Source: Thermoanaerobaculia bacterium (GTDB lineage Bacteria > Acidobacteriota > Thermoanaerobaculia > Multivoradales > Multivoraceae). From it: 64,000 nucleotides of DNA. A program made the translations under genes and the position numbers. Positions 9,497 through 18,807 of the stretch are shown in pieces. The notes under the pieces were generated by a model. That model was not told where the DNA came from, did no database searches, and was given only the letters and a program-made list of their open reading frames with translations. Where the stretch lies: positions 5,120,001-5,184,000 of the forward strand of contig OY761158.1 in the NCBI GenBank assembly GCA_963664405.1, given 5' to 3'. The first letter of the stretch is position 1; every line of letters begins with the position of its first letter.

Positions 9497-11761
9497 CTAG
9501 CGGTGATCTGCGCGTCCCAAGCTCACGTCCACGCCTAGGCGAATGGCGAAGGGAGCTCCGGGACTGAAGAAGCGAGGGTCGTCGAATTCTTTTCCCAGGA
9601 CTCCCTGGGGGTCGCCGAGGACGCCGAAAGTCTCGTAGTCGCGATCGAGGAGGTTGTTGAGGGTGAGGTTGACGGTCAGGCGGCGGTGAAGGGGTAGGGC
9701 CAGCCAGGCATCGGCGACGATGAAGCCGGGAACTCCATCGAGGAGGCCGGCTTCGTCGCCTCTCATCGTCCGCTCCGACGAGGCCCGCAGATCGAGCCCG
9801 ACATTGGCGCGCTTCAAGGAGATCGAGACTCCAGCCTTTACCAGGTGGCGAGGAATACCGGGCAGCGGGTCGCCGGGAAGCACCTGGATCTCACCGCCGT
9901 CAGCCAGTGGGTGGGTGGGGCTCTGGACTCGAAAGGGAGCCTCGAAGGTTGCGTCGACGTAGGTATAGCCACCATGCCACCGCAACCGACCTGTGCCTCC
10001 GCCGGCTGTAGCTTCGAGGCCTAGCCTGCGGGTCTCTTCGACGTTGGTGAAGTGGCCGGTGTTGGTCAGGCGGCCGCTCGAGATGAAGATGATGTCGTCG
10101 TCGCTGCGAGCTCCGAAGGCGGCAAGGCTCCATGAGTTGGCCCCTTGGCGACCGCGCAAGCCGAGCTCGAGGGTCGTGGTCACGACATCGGCGAGAGGTG
10201 GGTCGGCGACGAAGGCGTTGGGAAGGCGGCATGGATCTTCAGGGTCGGCGCAGGTCAGCTCCACTGGGTTGGGGGTGCGTGAAGATTGAGCCAGGCCGGC
10301 GAAGATCTGGAGTGAGCTCTCGCGCCCGGGCCGCGGCTTCCATACCAAGCCTGCAGCCGGGTGGATGCGCTCGAAGTCGTGATCGCCGTTGAGCTCGGTG
10401 CCGAGACGATCGCGGAGCTCGATGCGTGTCTCGTTGTAACGCACCTGGAAGTTGAGCGCCAGCGCTTTCCCGACAGTGGCGTTGTCGACCAGGTAGAGAG
10501 CCGTCCTCCGAACTCGCGTGTCGACATCGACGAAGCCATCTGGGTCGAAGAGCCCACTGCCGACGGTGGTGCGATCGGGGGTGAGGATGGCGAGCTCGGT
10601 CGAGGAGGCGAAGTCGGCATTGCCCTCCTCCCAGGAGGCGCCGGCGACGAAGAGGTTGCCCTCGCCCAGCCAGTCGACTCGGGTCATCTCCACTGTCAGG
10701 CCGAAGGACGACTGCTCGGTTCGGCTGCGATTGTCTGCCGCATTGAAGAAGTCGGGGCTCTCCTCTCCCTCGTCTTCCTCTTCGTTATCGAAGTCGTCGG
10801 CGTTGAGAGTTTCGATGTCGGAACGGCGATGAAAGGCGGTCGCTCGTAGGTAGTTGAGCCCGCCGAGCGATCGCTCGACGTAGAGCCGCGGGAAGACCAG
10901 CCGATTGTCGGTTTCGTCGGGGTAGGTGAAGATCTCCGATCGGTCGCGCTCGAGCAGTTGCACCGGGGCGGCTCCGTTGCCGGTCAGCTGATTGTCGGCG
11001 AAGTCGATCGCCAGCTCGACCCGGCTCTCCGTCCCCACGCGGCTCAGCTTCGTCGAAGCTTGTCGAGTGGTCGAGGGCGAGAAGTCTCTCCATCCGTCCT
11101 CGTCGAAGAGAGTGGCGGCGGCGAAGTAGGCCAACGCACCTTGCGACCCGCCGCTCTCGATGCCCAGCCGGCGCTGGCCCCATGATCCGCCGTCGAGAGC
11201 CAGCTGGTGGCCGGCTCGTCGGAAGCCATCGTCGGAGCGAAGGTGCACGGCTCCACCCAGAGTGTTTACGCCGTACCCTGCCTGACCGCCGGCGACGATC
11301 TCGAGCTCGCCGAGTGAGTCGAGCTGGATCAGGTCCCACTGCACGATGTCGCCGAAGACCTCGTTGATACGCACGCCGTCGTGAAAGATCGACAGACCTT
11401 GCGCCGCGCCGACCAAAGGCGAGGTGGAGAAGCCTCGGAAGAAGAGGTCGGGCTGCAGCGAGCTGCCCTGCACCTCGGTGAGATGAACTCCAGGCAGCTT
11501 CCGCTCGAGCACCGTGGTCAAGCTCGCCGAGCCCTCGAGATCCTCTCGGTCGAGGCGCCCCGAGCTCCAAGGCGCTCGGTCGCTCGGCAGATCCCGACCG
11601 AGCGGGGTCGAGGAGATGACGTCGATCTCCTCGCGGATCTCTGTCTTGGGCTGCTCGTTCGCCGCGGGGGGAGACTCCTCGGCGCCCTCGCCGGCGTCTT
11701 GGCCCTGACCCTTGGTTGGGCCTAGAGAGAGCAGAAGGCAGAGTGCTACGACAGTGCGCAT
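9497..11761 (-). CDS. TonB-dependent receptor
   Basis: Signal peptide, plug domain (FFRGF, DGVRINE, NTLGGAV), beta-barrel with NNLLDRDY near the C-terminus. Confidence 0.9.
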   Translation of the reverse strand: MRTVVALCLLLSLGPTKGQGQDAGEGAEESPPAANEQPKTEIREEIDVISSTPLGRDLPSDRAPWSSGRLDREDLEGSASLTTVLERKLPGVHLTEVQGSSLQPDLFFRGFSTSPLVGAAQGLSIFHDGVRINEVFGDIVQWDLIQLDSLGELEIVAGGQAGYGVNTLGGAVHLRSDDGFRRAGHQLALDGGSWGQRRLGIESGGSQGALAYFAAATLFDEDGWRDFSPSTTRQASTKLSRVGTESRVELAIDFADNQLTGNGAAPVQLLERDRSEIFTYPDETDNRLVFPRLYVERSLGGLNYLRATAFHRRSDIETLNADDFDNEEEDEGEESPDFFNAADNRSRTEQSSFGLTVEMTRVDWLGEGNLFVAGASWEEGNADFASSTELAILTPDRTTVGSGLFDPDGFVDVDTRVRRTALYLVDNATVGKALALNFQVRYNETRIELRDRLGTELNGDHDFERIHPAAGLVWKPRPGRESSLQIFAGLAQSSRTPNPVELTCADPEDPCRLPNAFVADPPLADVVTTTLELGLRGRQGANSWSLAAFGARSDDDIIFISSGRLTNTGHFTNVEETRRLGLEATAGGGTGRLRWHGGYTYVDATFEAPFRVQSPTHPLADGGEIQVLPGDPLPGIPRHLVKAGVSISLKRANVGLDLRASSERTMRGDEAGLLDGVPGFIVADAWLALPLHRRLTVNLTLNNLLDRDYETFGVLGDPQGVLGKEFDDPRFFSPGAPFAIRLGVDVSLGRADHR

Positions 11762-11807
11762 TTCGCTCGAGCTTCTGAGAGCCGTCCGCTGGTGTATGAG
11801 CAAGCGG

Positions 11808-14150
11808 TCAGAGAGGCCAGTAGATAGGCAGGAAAACGAGCACGACGAGCAACGTAACGATAGCCAGCGGCAGGCCGACCTTGACGTAGTCAACGAAGCG
11901 GTAACCCCCGGGACCCATAACCAGTACGTTGGCGGGGTGGGTGACTGGACTGATGAAGGAGGAGCTCGCGCCGACGGCGATCGCCATGACCATCGACAGC
12001 GGCGAGATGCCGACGCGAGTGGCGGTGTCCATGGCGATGGGTGCGAGTAGCAGAGCCACTGCAGGGGTTGGCATGATCTGCGCCCCGGCTAGCGCGAGGA
12101 CGAAGAGGCCGCCGACAATCGCTAGCGGGCCGAAACCACCCACGGCGCCGACTAACGCCTCGGTCACGTAGAGGGCCGCTCCGGTCTTCTCCATGGCGAT
12201 GCCAAGGGGCAGCATGCCGGCTATCAGGAAGACGGCTCGCCATTCGATCTCCCTGTAGGCCTCTTGGATCGAGATACAGCCGGTGAGAATCATGAGGGTG
12301 GCGCCGAGGATAGCTGCGATGTAAATCGGCAGCCAGTTCGACAGGGTCACGGCCAGCACCAAGGCCATGCTCAGCAGAGCCCAGGGCGCCCTGTCGACGC
12401 GCGGCGCCTGCTGCAGCTCCTCGGTGAGCACAAGGAAGTCGGGCTCCGCGGCCAGCACGGCGAGTTTCTCGCGGGCACCGTGGAGAAGAAGAGCATCCCC
12501 GAAGACGAGTTTCTCGCTGGCAAGGCCGGTGCGCAGTACGCGTCCCTGGCGCCAGATGGCGAGCACCGAGAGAGCGTATTTCTCACGAAAATGAAGCTGG
12601 CGGAGCGTCCTGCGCGCGATACCGCGGGCGTTCGGAGCAATGGCGACCACTGCCAGAGCGACTTGCTCCGACTCCAGGTCGTCTAGCGACTGCTCCACTC
12701 GGCGTTCCAGACGCAGGCCTTGAAGACCGAGCATGATGCGCAGGGCCCGCGAATCACCTTTCACCACCAGCGCGTCGCCGGCGCGAAAGACCTCGTCGGG
12801 AGCGGGTCGCTGGATCACGTTGCCGTCGCGCTGCAGAGTCAAGAGCATCAGGCCGAATGCGAGTCCGAGCCGCGTCTCGACCAGGGTCTTGTCGACCAGA
12901 AAAGAGTCCTGGGGTACTCGAAGCTTCATCAGCAGGCTGTCGAGCTCGGAGGCATCAGTCTCCTCCGCGTTGGCAGGCTCGAAGTCGCTGCTGCTGACCA
13001 GAGTCTCGATCTCGGCGGCACTGGCCTGCAGAAGCAGGAGGTCGCCGCCTTGGAGGGCAAGCTCATCAAAGCGAGTCGCGAGCAGCTTGTCGCGGCGGCG
13101 AATCGCGACCACGACGGCGCCGCCCGAACTGCGTCGAAAGTCGAGCTCGCGGAGAGTGCGCCCGATCAGCTCAGCCTGGTCCGCGACACGCACGCCGGCG
13201 AGATGAATGTTACCCAGACCCGTGGTTTCGACAGTGAGCTCGCTCTCTGCGAGCTTGAGAGCCGGAGAGTGGCGCAGCTCCTCGAGCTTCACCGGTCGCC
13301 CCTCCACCAACAGCTGGTCACCGGCCTGCAACAGGTCGTTCGGGGCGGGTGCTAGACGAGTTCGTCCGCCGCGTACGATGCCGATGACGGTCAAGCCCAG
13401 GGCCTGTTGAATGCGGCACTCGGCCACAGTGAAGCCATCCAGCTCGGAGTCTTTGGGGAGGCCCAGGATCAGGAGGCGTTTGTGCAAGCCGAAGAGACCG
13501 CGAAGATCGCCGCCAGCCGGAGTATCGAGTGCGAGATCACGCTCCGGTAGCAGGTGGCGCCCGATCAGCACCATGTAGACGATTCCGGCGAGGAGCACTG
13601 TGCCGCCGAGAGGAGTGAAGGCGAACATGCCGAGATCTCCGAGGCCGCGCTCCGAAACGGCCTCCGAGATCAAGATGTTCGGCGGCGTGCCGATGAGCGT
13701 CAACATGCCCCCGAGCAGGGAGCTGAACGACAGGGGAATCAGCAGCTTCGAGGCCGCAATGCCGGTGCGGCGCGCCAGGTCCATCACCACCGGCAGCAGC
13801 AGAGCCGTGGCACCAACGTTGTTCATGAAGGCCGAGAGCACGGCCGAAACAAGCATGATCAGTACCATCAGCCGGACTTCGCTCGTGCCGCCGACGCGTA
13901 ACAGTTGGCGCCCGAGCAGGTTGGCGACGCCGGTCTTCGACAGGCCACCGCTCAAGATGAAGACTGCCCAGACGGTGATGACCGCCGGGCTGGAGAATCC
14001 AGACAGGGCTTCGACTGGCTCGACGAGGCCGGTGACGGCGAGCCCACCAAGGAGCATCAGAGCAACGACGTCGGAGCGCGGCCGCTCGACGACGAAGAGA
14101 GCGACCGCGGTCGCCAGCATTCCCAGGACGAGGGCGATCTCGAAGGTCAC
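11808..14150 (-). CDS. SLC13/CitMHS-type permease with multiple TrkA-C domains
   Basis: SAFMNNVG, TLIGTPPN, SPVTHPANVLVMGPGGYRFVDY; central repeated RCK-C domains. Confidence 0.9.
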   Translation of the reverse strand: MTFEIALVLGMLATAVALFVVERPRSDVVALMLLGGLAVTGLVEPVEALSGFSSPAVITVWAVFILSGGLSKTGVANLLGRQLLRVGGTSEVRLMVLIMLVSAVLSAFMNNVGATALLLPVVMDLARRTGIAASKLLIPLSFSSLLGGMLTLIGTPPNILISEAVSERGLGDLGMFAFTPLGGTVLLAGIVYMVLIGRHLLPERDLALDTPAGGDLRGLFGLHKRLLILGLPKDSELDGFTVAECRIQQALGLTVIGIVRGGRTRLAPAPNDLLQAGDQLLVEGRPVKLEELRHSPALKLAESELTVETTGLGNIHLAGVRVADQAELIGRTLRELDFRRSSGGAVVVAIRRRDKLLATRFDELALQGGDLLLLQASAAEIETLVSSSDFEPANAEETDASELDSLLMKLRVPQDSFLVDKTLVETRLGLAFGLMLLTLQRDGNVIQRPAPDEVFRAGDALVVKGDSRALRIMLGLQGLRLERRVEQSLDDLESEQVALAVVAIAPNARGIARRTLRQLHFREKYALSVLAIWRQGRVLRTGLASEKLVFGDALLLHGAREKLAVLAAEPDFLVLTEELQQAPRVDRAPWALLSMALVLAVTLSNWLPIYIAAILGATLMILTGCISIQEAYREIEWRAVFLIAGMLPLGIAMEKTGAALYVTEALVGAVGGFGPLAIVGGLFVLALAGAQIMPTPAVALLLAPIAMDTATRVGISPLSMVMAIAVGASSSFISPVTHPANVLVMGPGGYRFVDYVKVGLPLAIVTLLVVLVFLPIYWPL

Positions 14151-14169
14151 GGTTGGTGCGGCGCCCGGC

Positions 14170-14742
14170 TCAGTCGCCCACCTCGTGGGCCATGATCACC
14201 AGGTCGTGGGTGTCGCCCGCGGTATCGATCACCCAGTCGGCCAGCATGGACTCGAGGTCGAATCCCAATTTGCGAAAGACACCCCTGGCGGCCTCCTGGT
14301 CGCGAGGCATCTGCGCAATGATCTTGCGCAAGCTCGAGTGGCGAGCCACGTCGAGGATCTCGTCGGCGAGAAGAGAGCCAAGCCCGGTCCCCCGATAGCC
14401 GGGACCGACATTGAGGCGGATCTCACCCAGATGCCGCGACCATTGGGTGGGCTGACGATTGAGACTGCCGTAGCCGGCGAGGGTTTGCCCGTCGTAGGCC
14501 AGCACCGTGAAGGTCTGACCGGCTTCGATGTTTCTGACCCACTCCGCAACGACGTCCTGGCGAGTGATGTCCAGGGGCAGGAAGAGTAGATCCTCCTCCT
14601 GCAGCCCGCGCGCGAATTCGACGATATCACCGCATTCCGCCTCGGTCAGCGTCCTCAGCTCCAGATCCTTCCCTCGGGCTTTGACCGTGCGCGGGTAGGA
14701 ACGGCCGGCTTGGAGCGAGGGTATGATCGGCCTTGTCGTCAC
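14170..14742 (-). CDS. GNAT family N-acetyltransferase
   Basis: Motif A VGPGYRGTGLGS; FRKLGF. Confidence 0.85.
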   Translation of the reverse strand: MTTRPIIPSLQAGRSYPRTVKARGKDLELRTLTEAECGDIVEFARGLQEEDLLFLPLDITRQDVVAEWVRNIEAGQTFTVLAYDGQTLAGYGSLNRQPTQWSRHLGEIRLNVGPGYRGTGLGSLLADEILDVARHSSLRKIIAQMPRDQEAARGVFRKLGFDLESMLADWVIDTAGDTHDLVIMAHEVGD

Positions 14743-14798
14743 CCGAGAAAACTATCAGAACAACCGGCGCCTCACCTCCGCTCTGTTACGCTGCCGTT

Positions 14799-16748
14799 AT
14801 GGAAGAGCGGGTCTTCGGTCACTACCGCGTCGTCGAGGAGTTGGGCCGGGGTGGCATGGGTGTTGTCTACAAGGCCTTCGAGGAGTCGCTGAACCGCTCC
14901 GTCGCGATCAAGGTCCTTGCAGATCATCTCACTGAGGACGAGGATTTCGTCAAGCGCTTCAAGCGGGAGGCTCAGAGTGCGGCGGGCCTGTCGCACCCCA
15001 ATGTCATCCAGATCTTCTTGATCGGCGATGAGCAGGGGGTTCCGTACTTCGTCATGGAGTTCGTCGAAGGGCCGTCAGTGAAGGATGTTCTGAAGAAAGA
15101 GGGGCCCATGGCCTCGGGAGTAGCGGCGAGGCTTGCTCGCCAAGCGGCTTCTGGGCTCGCGGCGGCCCACGACCGGGGTCTGATCCATCGTGACATCAAG
15201 CCCGGAAACCTGATGGTCGCGAGGGGCAATCAGATCAAGATCGCCGACTTCGGCCTGGCCCTCCAGCCCGAGGACGCGGCGACACGATTGACCGCCACCG
15301 GCATGCTGATGGGTACGCCTGGATATCTCTCGCCGGAGCAGTGCGGAGGAGCCTCGCCGGACTCCCGCAGCGACATCTACTCGCTGGGCATGACTCTGTA
15401 CGAGATGCTGGCCGGCTCCGGCCCTTTCGAGGGCAACAGCCCGCTCGCCATCATTCGCCAGATTCTCTACGAGGAGCCGACGCCTCTGGATGAGCTCGAC
15501 ATCGGCGTCAGCCCGCAGCTGAACGAGATCGTGGCGAAGATGCTTGCCAAAGCGCCGTCAGAGAGGTACCAGAGCTGCCGTGAGGTGATGGATGCTCTCA
15601 AGGTCTACATCGAGCGGATTGCACCGTTGGAGGAAGCGAGCGGCCTGACGGTGCCGGTGACAATGCCGGCACTTTCCGGCTCTGCAGAGTTGCCTCCCCT
15701 CCCGGAGCTCCCGTCGGCCGCGAGCGCTGTTCGGGCGCCCACGACGCCGCTGCCGGCAGGTGCGACCCAGCGAGTCGAAGACATTCCTCCGTCCGGAGCT
15801 TACGGCTCGCCGGGTCGTCGTCGGCTGCTCCTGGTCGCTATCCTCGTGCTGCTCCTGCTCGCGGGCGCTGCAGGTATCGCCCTGGTGGCGGGCCCACGTC
15901 TGCAGTCGGCCTGGGCTGACTTCCGAGGAGAGAGAGAGAGGCTCGAAGAGCCCCTGGTCGAGGAAGCAGTCGCGGCCCAACCAGAGCGCCCGGTTGCCGG
16001 CGAGGTGGAGGAGGCGCCGGGACCCGAGCCCGCAGTGCTCGCGGAGCACGCAGACACGGCACCGCCATCCGTCACGGAGAGCCCGCTGGCGTCCGAAGCG
16101 CAACTCGCTGGAACGGCTGGGGAGTCCTCGGTGCAGGAGGCTCCTGGGGCACCTTCATCCCACAGTGGAGTGGTGGATGCCGGGGATCCGATGCCGACTC
16201 GCCTCCGCGCCGAGGCGGCTGTGGCTCCGACCACCCGCGAGAGCCGAGATCGTCCTCCGCCTCTACCCGCTCTTCCGCGGCTGATGGTACTCGGCACCGG
16301 TGAAGCCGCGCTGGCCACCGCCGTCGAGCAGGCGCTGGAAGAGGATCTCGGCCGCCGCGGCTTCGAAGTCGTGGATGAGCGCTCCATGCCCGAGATTGAC
16401 GACCTACTGAAATCGGGCAATGGGAGCGTGACCCACCTTGCCCCCTATCTCGCCGTCAACGATGTGCACGTCCTGGTGGTGGCGGAAGCTGAGTTCCTCG
16501 GAGAGCGAGAGCTCCGCTATTTGGGGCGCCGCAGTTTAGGGCTCAGCTCCGAGCTTCGAATCCACAGCTTTCTCACCGCCGGTCAGCGTGCCCTCGGGCA
16601 GGGTTGGAGAGAGCGCCTGGAGTACACCGGACTGACCGCAGCGAAAACTGCGGATCAGGCGTTGGAGGCCGCTGGCCCCGAGCTCGCCGATGCGATCCGA
16701 GACGGTTGGGCCCTCTTCCGCGAGGAGCGCGGCGCGCCCAGGCTCTAG
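14799..16748 (+). CDS. Membrane-anchored Hanks-type Ser/Thr protein kinase
   Basis: LGRGGMG, VAIK, HRDIKPGN, DFG, GTPGYLSPE; TM segment followed by an extracytoplasmic region. Confidence 0.92.
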   Translation: MEERVFGHYRVVEELGRGGMGVVYKAFEESLNRSVAIKVLADHLTEDEDFVKRFKREAQSAAGLSHPNVIQIFLIGDEQGVPYFVMEFVEGPSVKDVLKKEGPMASGVAARLARQAASGLAAAHDRGLIHRDIKPGNLMVARGNQIKIADFGLALQPEDAATRLTATGMLMGTPGYLSPEQCGGASPDSRSDIYSLGMTLYEMLAGSGPFEGNSPLAIIRQILYEEPTPLDELDIGVSPQLNEIVAKMLAKAPSERYQSCREVMDALKVYIERIAPLEEASGLTVPVTMPALSGSAELPPLPELPSAASAVRAPTTPLPAGATQRVEDIPPSGAYGSPGRRRLLLVAILVLLLLAGAAGIALVAGPRLQSAWADFRGERERLEEPLVEEAVAAQPERPVAGEVEEAPGPEPAVLAEHADTAPPSVTESPLASEAQLAGTAGESSVQEAPGAPSSHSGVVDAGDPMPTRLRAEAAVAPTTRESRDRPPPLPALPRLMVLGTGEAALATAVEQALEEDLGRRGFEVVDERSMPEIDDLLKSGNGSVTHLAPYLAVNDVHVLVVAEAEFLGERELRYLGRRSLGLSSELRIHSFLTAGQRALGQGWRERLEYTGLTAAKTADQALEAAGPELADAIRDGWALFREERGAPRL

Positions 16749-17833
16749 AGCGACCCGACCTCATGCCCCATGGCGCGAAGTCGATTCGCCATATCGGGCT
16801 TGTCGACGGCCTTGTAGTAGGCGTCTTTCGGATCGGCGGCACCTTCGCGCACGAGACGTTGGAGATCGTCGTTGAGTAAGCGCATGCCGTGGCGTTGACC
16901 GACCTGCATGGCCGATGGCAGCTGGTGGGTCTTGGCCTCACGGATCTGATTTGCCACCGCCGGCGTACCGATCAAGATCTCCAAGGCCGCTACCCGGCCG
17001 CCACCGCCGGGGCGTCGAAGGAGGGTTTGAGAGATTACTGCGGCCAACGATTGCGACAGCATCGAGCGGATCTGCTCCTGTCGCTCGGCGGGGAACTGGC
17101 CGATGATGCGGTCGATACTCGAGGACGCGGTCGTCGTATGGAGGGTGCCTATCACCAGATGTCCGGTCTCGGCGGTGGTGATGGCGGTCTCGGTGGTTTC
17201 CAGATCCCGCATCTCGCCGATCATGACAATGTCGGGGTCCTGGCGCAGAGCCGCGCGTAGGGCACGCCTGAAGCTGGTTGCGTGGACTCCCACCTCACGT
17301 TGGTCGATCAAGCAGCGCTCGCTTTTGTGGACGAACTCGATCGGATCCTCGATGGTGATGATGTGATCGGAGCGGCTGCGGTTGATTCTGTCGATCATCG
17401 CAGCAACGGTTGTGGTCTTGCCGCAGCCGGTGGGCCCGGTGATCAAGACGAGACCCTTGTTGAGCTCGCAGAGCTCGGCGAGCACCGGTGGCATGCCGAG
17501 ATCCTCGAGAGTCAGGATCTTGCTTGCAATATGACGAAAGACGCCGCCCATGCCCAAGCGGTCGCGAAAGACGTTGACGCGGAAGCGTCCCAAGTCGGCT
17601 TGTTCGTAGCCGAAGTCGGTGTCCGCCTTCTCTTCCAGCTCCTTGGCGTTGCGCTCGGGCAGGATCTCTCGGAGCAGTCGCTCGGTCTCTTCCGCCGACA
17701 GCTTGGCGCCCGCCTCTCCGACGCCCACCATGCTACCCGAGACTCGGTAGACAGGTTGCTCCCCTGGGCTCAGATGAAGATCGGAGGCCTCGGTGGCGAC
17801 TTGGACCTTCAGGTATCGATCTATGTCCGGCAT
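16745..17833 (-). CDS. pilT: Type IV pilus retraction ATPase PilT
   Basis: ASDLHL, GPTGCGKTT, TIEDPIE, ALRQDPD, GEMRD, AETGH, TLHT, QIRE. Confidence 0.93.
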   Translation of the reverse strand: MPDIDRYLKVQVATEASDLHLSPGEQPVYRVSGSMVGVGEAGAKLSAEETERLLREILPERNAKELEEKADTDFGYEQADLGRFRVNVFRDRLGMGGVFRHIASKILTLEDLGMPPVLAELCELNKGLVLITGPTGCGKTTTVAAMIDRINRSRSDHIITIEDPIEFVHKSERCLIDQREVGVHATSFRRALRAALRQDPDIVMIGEMRDLETTETAITTAETGHLVIGTLHTTTASSSIDRIIGQFPAERQEQIRSMLSQSLAAVISQTLLRRPGGGGRVAALEILIGTPAVANQIREAKTHQLPSAMQVGQRHGMRLLNDDLQRLVREGAADPKDAYYKAVDKPDMANRLRAMGHEVGSL

Positions 17834-17840
17834 GTTCCCG

Positions 17841-18530
17841 TCACTTGATCCTGGGTGTCTCGGGGTGGGGCGTGATGCATAAGATTGCGTGATAGGGCAC
17901 GAGGTGCAAGCGGCCGTCGGCATCGCGAAGCCGTAACAGATGGCCGGCGGGACCGGGCTCGAAGCCCACCAGGTTGCCCTCGAGATCGCTGCCGTCAGCG
18001 AGACGCAGAGTCGCCTCGTTGTGACTGTCGACCAGCTCGCGGAGGCCTAGCTGGTCGAGACCCGACGTTTGCAGGTTCCACTCGATGCTGGCGCGAAGAA
18101 GGTCGAGAAGGAGTCGAGCATCCTTCGACATGAGACCGAGAAAGTGCTCGAGGAGGTGGTCCCTGGTCGCCGGCGAACGCTCTCGTAGCTCGCGAAAGGA
18201 CCCGGCATCGAAACGCAGGAGCCGGGTCGGCTCGATTGCCGTCGAGGTTGCGGCGGCTTGCTCCGAATCGATCGCGGAGGCCCAACCGAAGATGTCGCCG
18301 GCGCGCTTGGTCGCTAGAGTGCGATTGAGCTCGCCACCGGCGATAGGCATTACGATCTCGACCGCTCCCGACAGTACGACATAGACCGAACCGGCTGCCG
18401 CGTCCCCCGCGGTCTGGATTACTTCGCCTGTCGCTCGTTCCTCGGTCTGACTCAGAGAAAGGATGAGCTCGAGCTCATCGGATGCCATGCCTGAGAACAA
18501 GGGGTTGGTGCGGAGGTCGTCTGCCGTCAT
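17841..18530 (-). CDS. Cyclic-nucleotide-binding domain protein with C-terminal Sm/Hfq-like segment
   Basis: cNMP domain (PLFSGM...VYVVLSGAVEI...GDIFG...AT..AIEPTRLL); C-terminal TLRLADGSDLEGNLVGFE...LHLVPYHAILCI resembles Hfq Sm1/Sm2. Confidence 0.8.
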   Translation of the reverse strand: MTADDLRTNPLFSGMASDELELILSLSQTEERATGEVIQTAGDAAAGSVYVVLSGAVEIVMPIAGGELNRTLATKRAGDIFGWASAIDSEQAAATSTAIEPTRLLRFDAGSFRELRERSPATRDHLLEHFLGLMSKDARLLLDLLRASIEWNLQTSGLDQLGLRELVDSHNEATLRLADGSDLEGNLVGFEPGPAGHLLRLRDADGRLHLVPYHAILCITPHPETPRIK

Positions 18531-18588
18531 CGGTGCGCCATCTTAACTCGTGCCGGTTCTAGGAGTGCTCAATGCGAGGCTTCCCGGC

Positions 18589-18729
18589 CGCGCCCGTGAG
18601 GCGTATTTGAACGGCATTACTTTGCAAGCGCGCTCCGGTTTCAACCCGTTTCAGTTCGGTCTGTCGGGCGCCTCCGACTACCATTCGGGTGTCTCGGCGA
18701 TCGAGGAAGACAACGCGTCGGTGTTCAGC
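18589..18729 (+). pseudogene. Internal fragment of a DUF3604 gene
   Basis: AREAYLNGITLQARSGFNPFQFGLSGASDYHSGVSAIEED aligns by eye with [40 protein letters not shown] of the DUF3604 gene at 62465-64000. Confidence 0.75.
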
Positions 18730-18807
18730 GGCCCCTTTTCCGATAGCTCGGCGGAGCAGCGCATGTCGCGGGCGACGAGTGGTTGGGTAGCGCGGCCGAA
18801 ATAGCCT

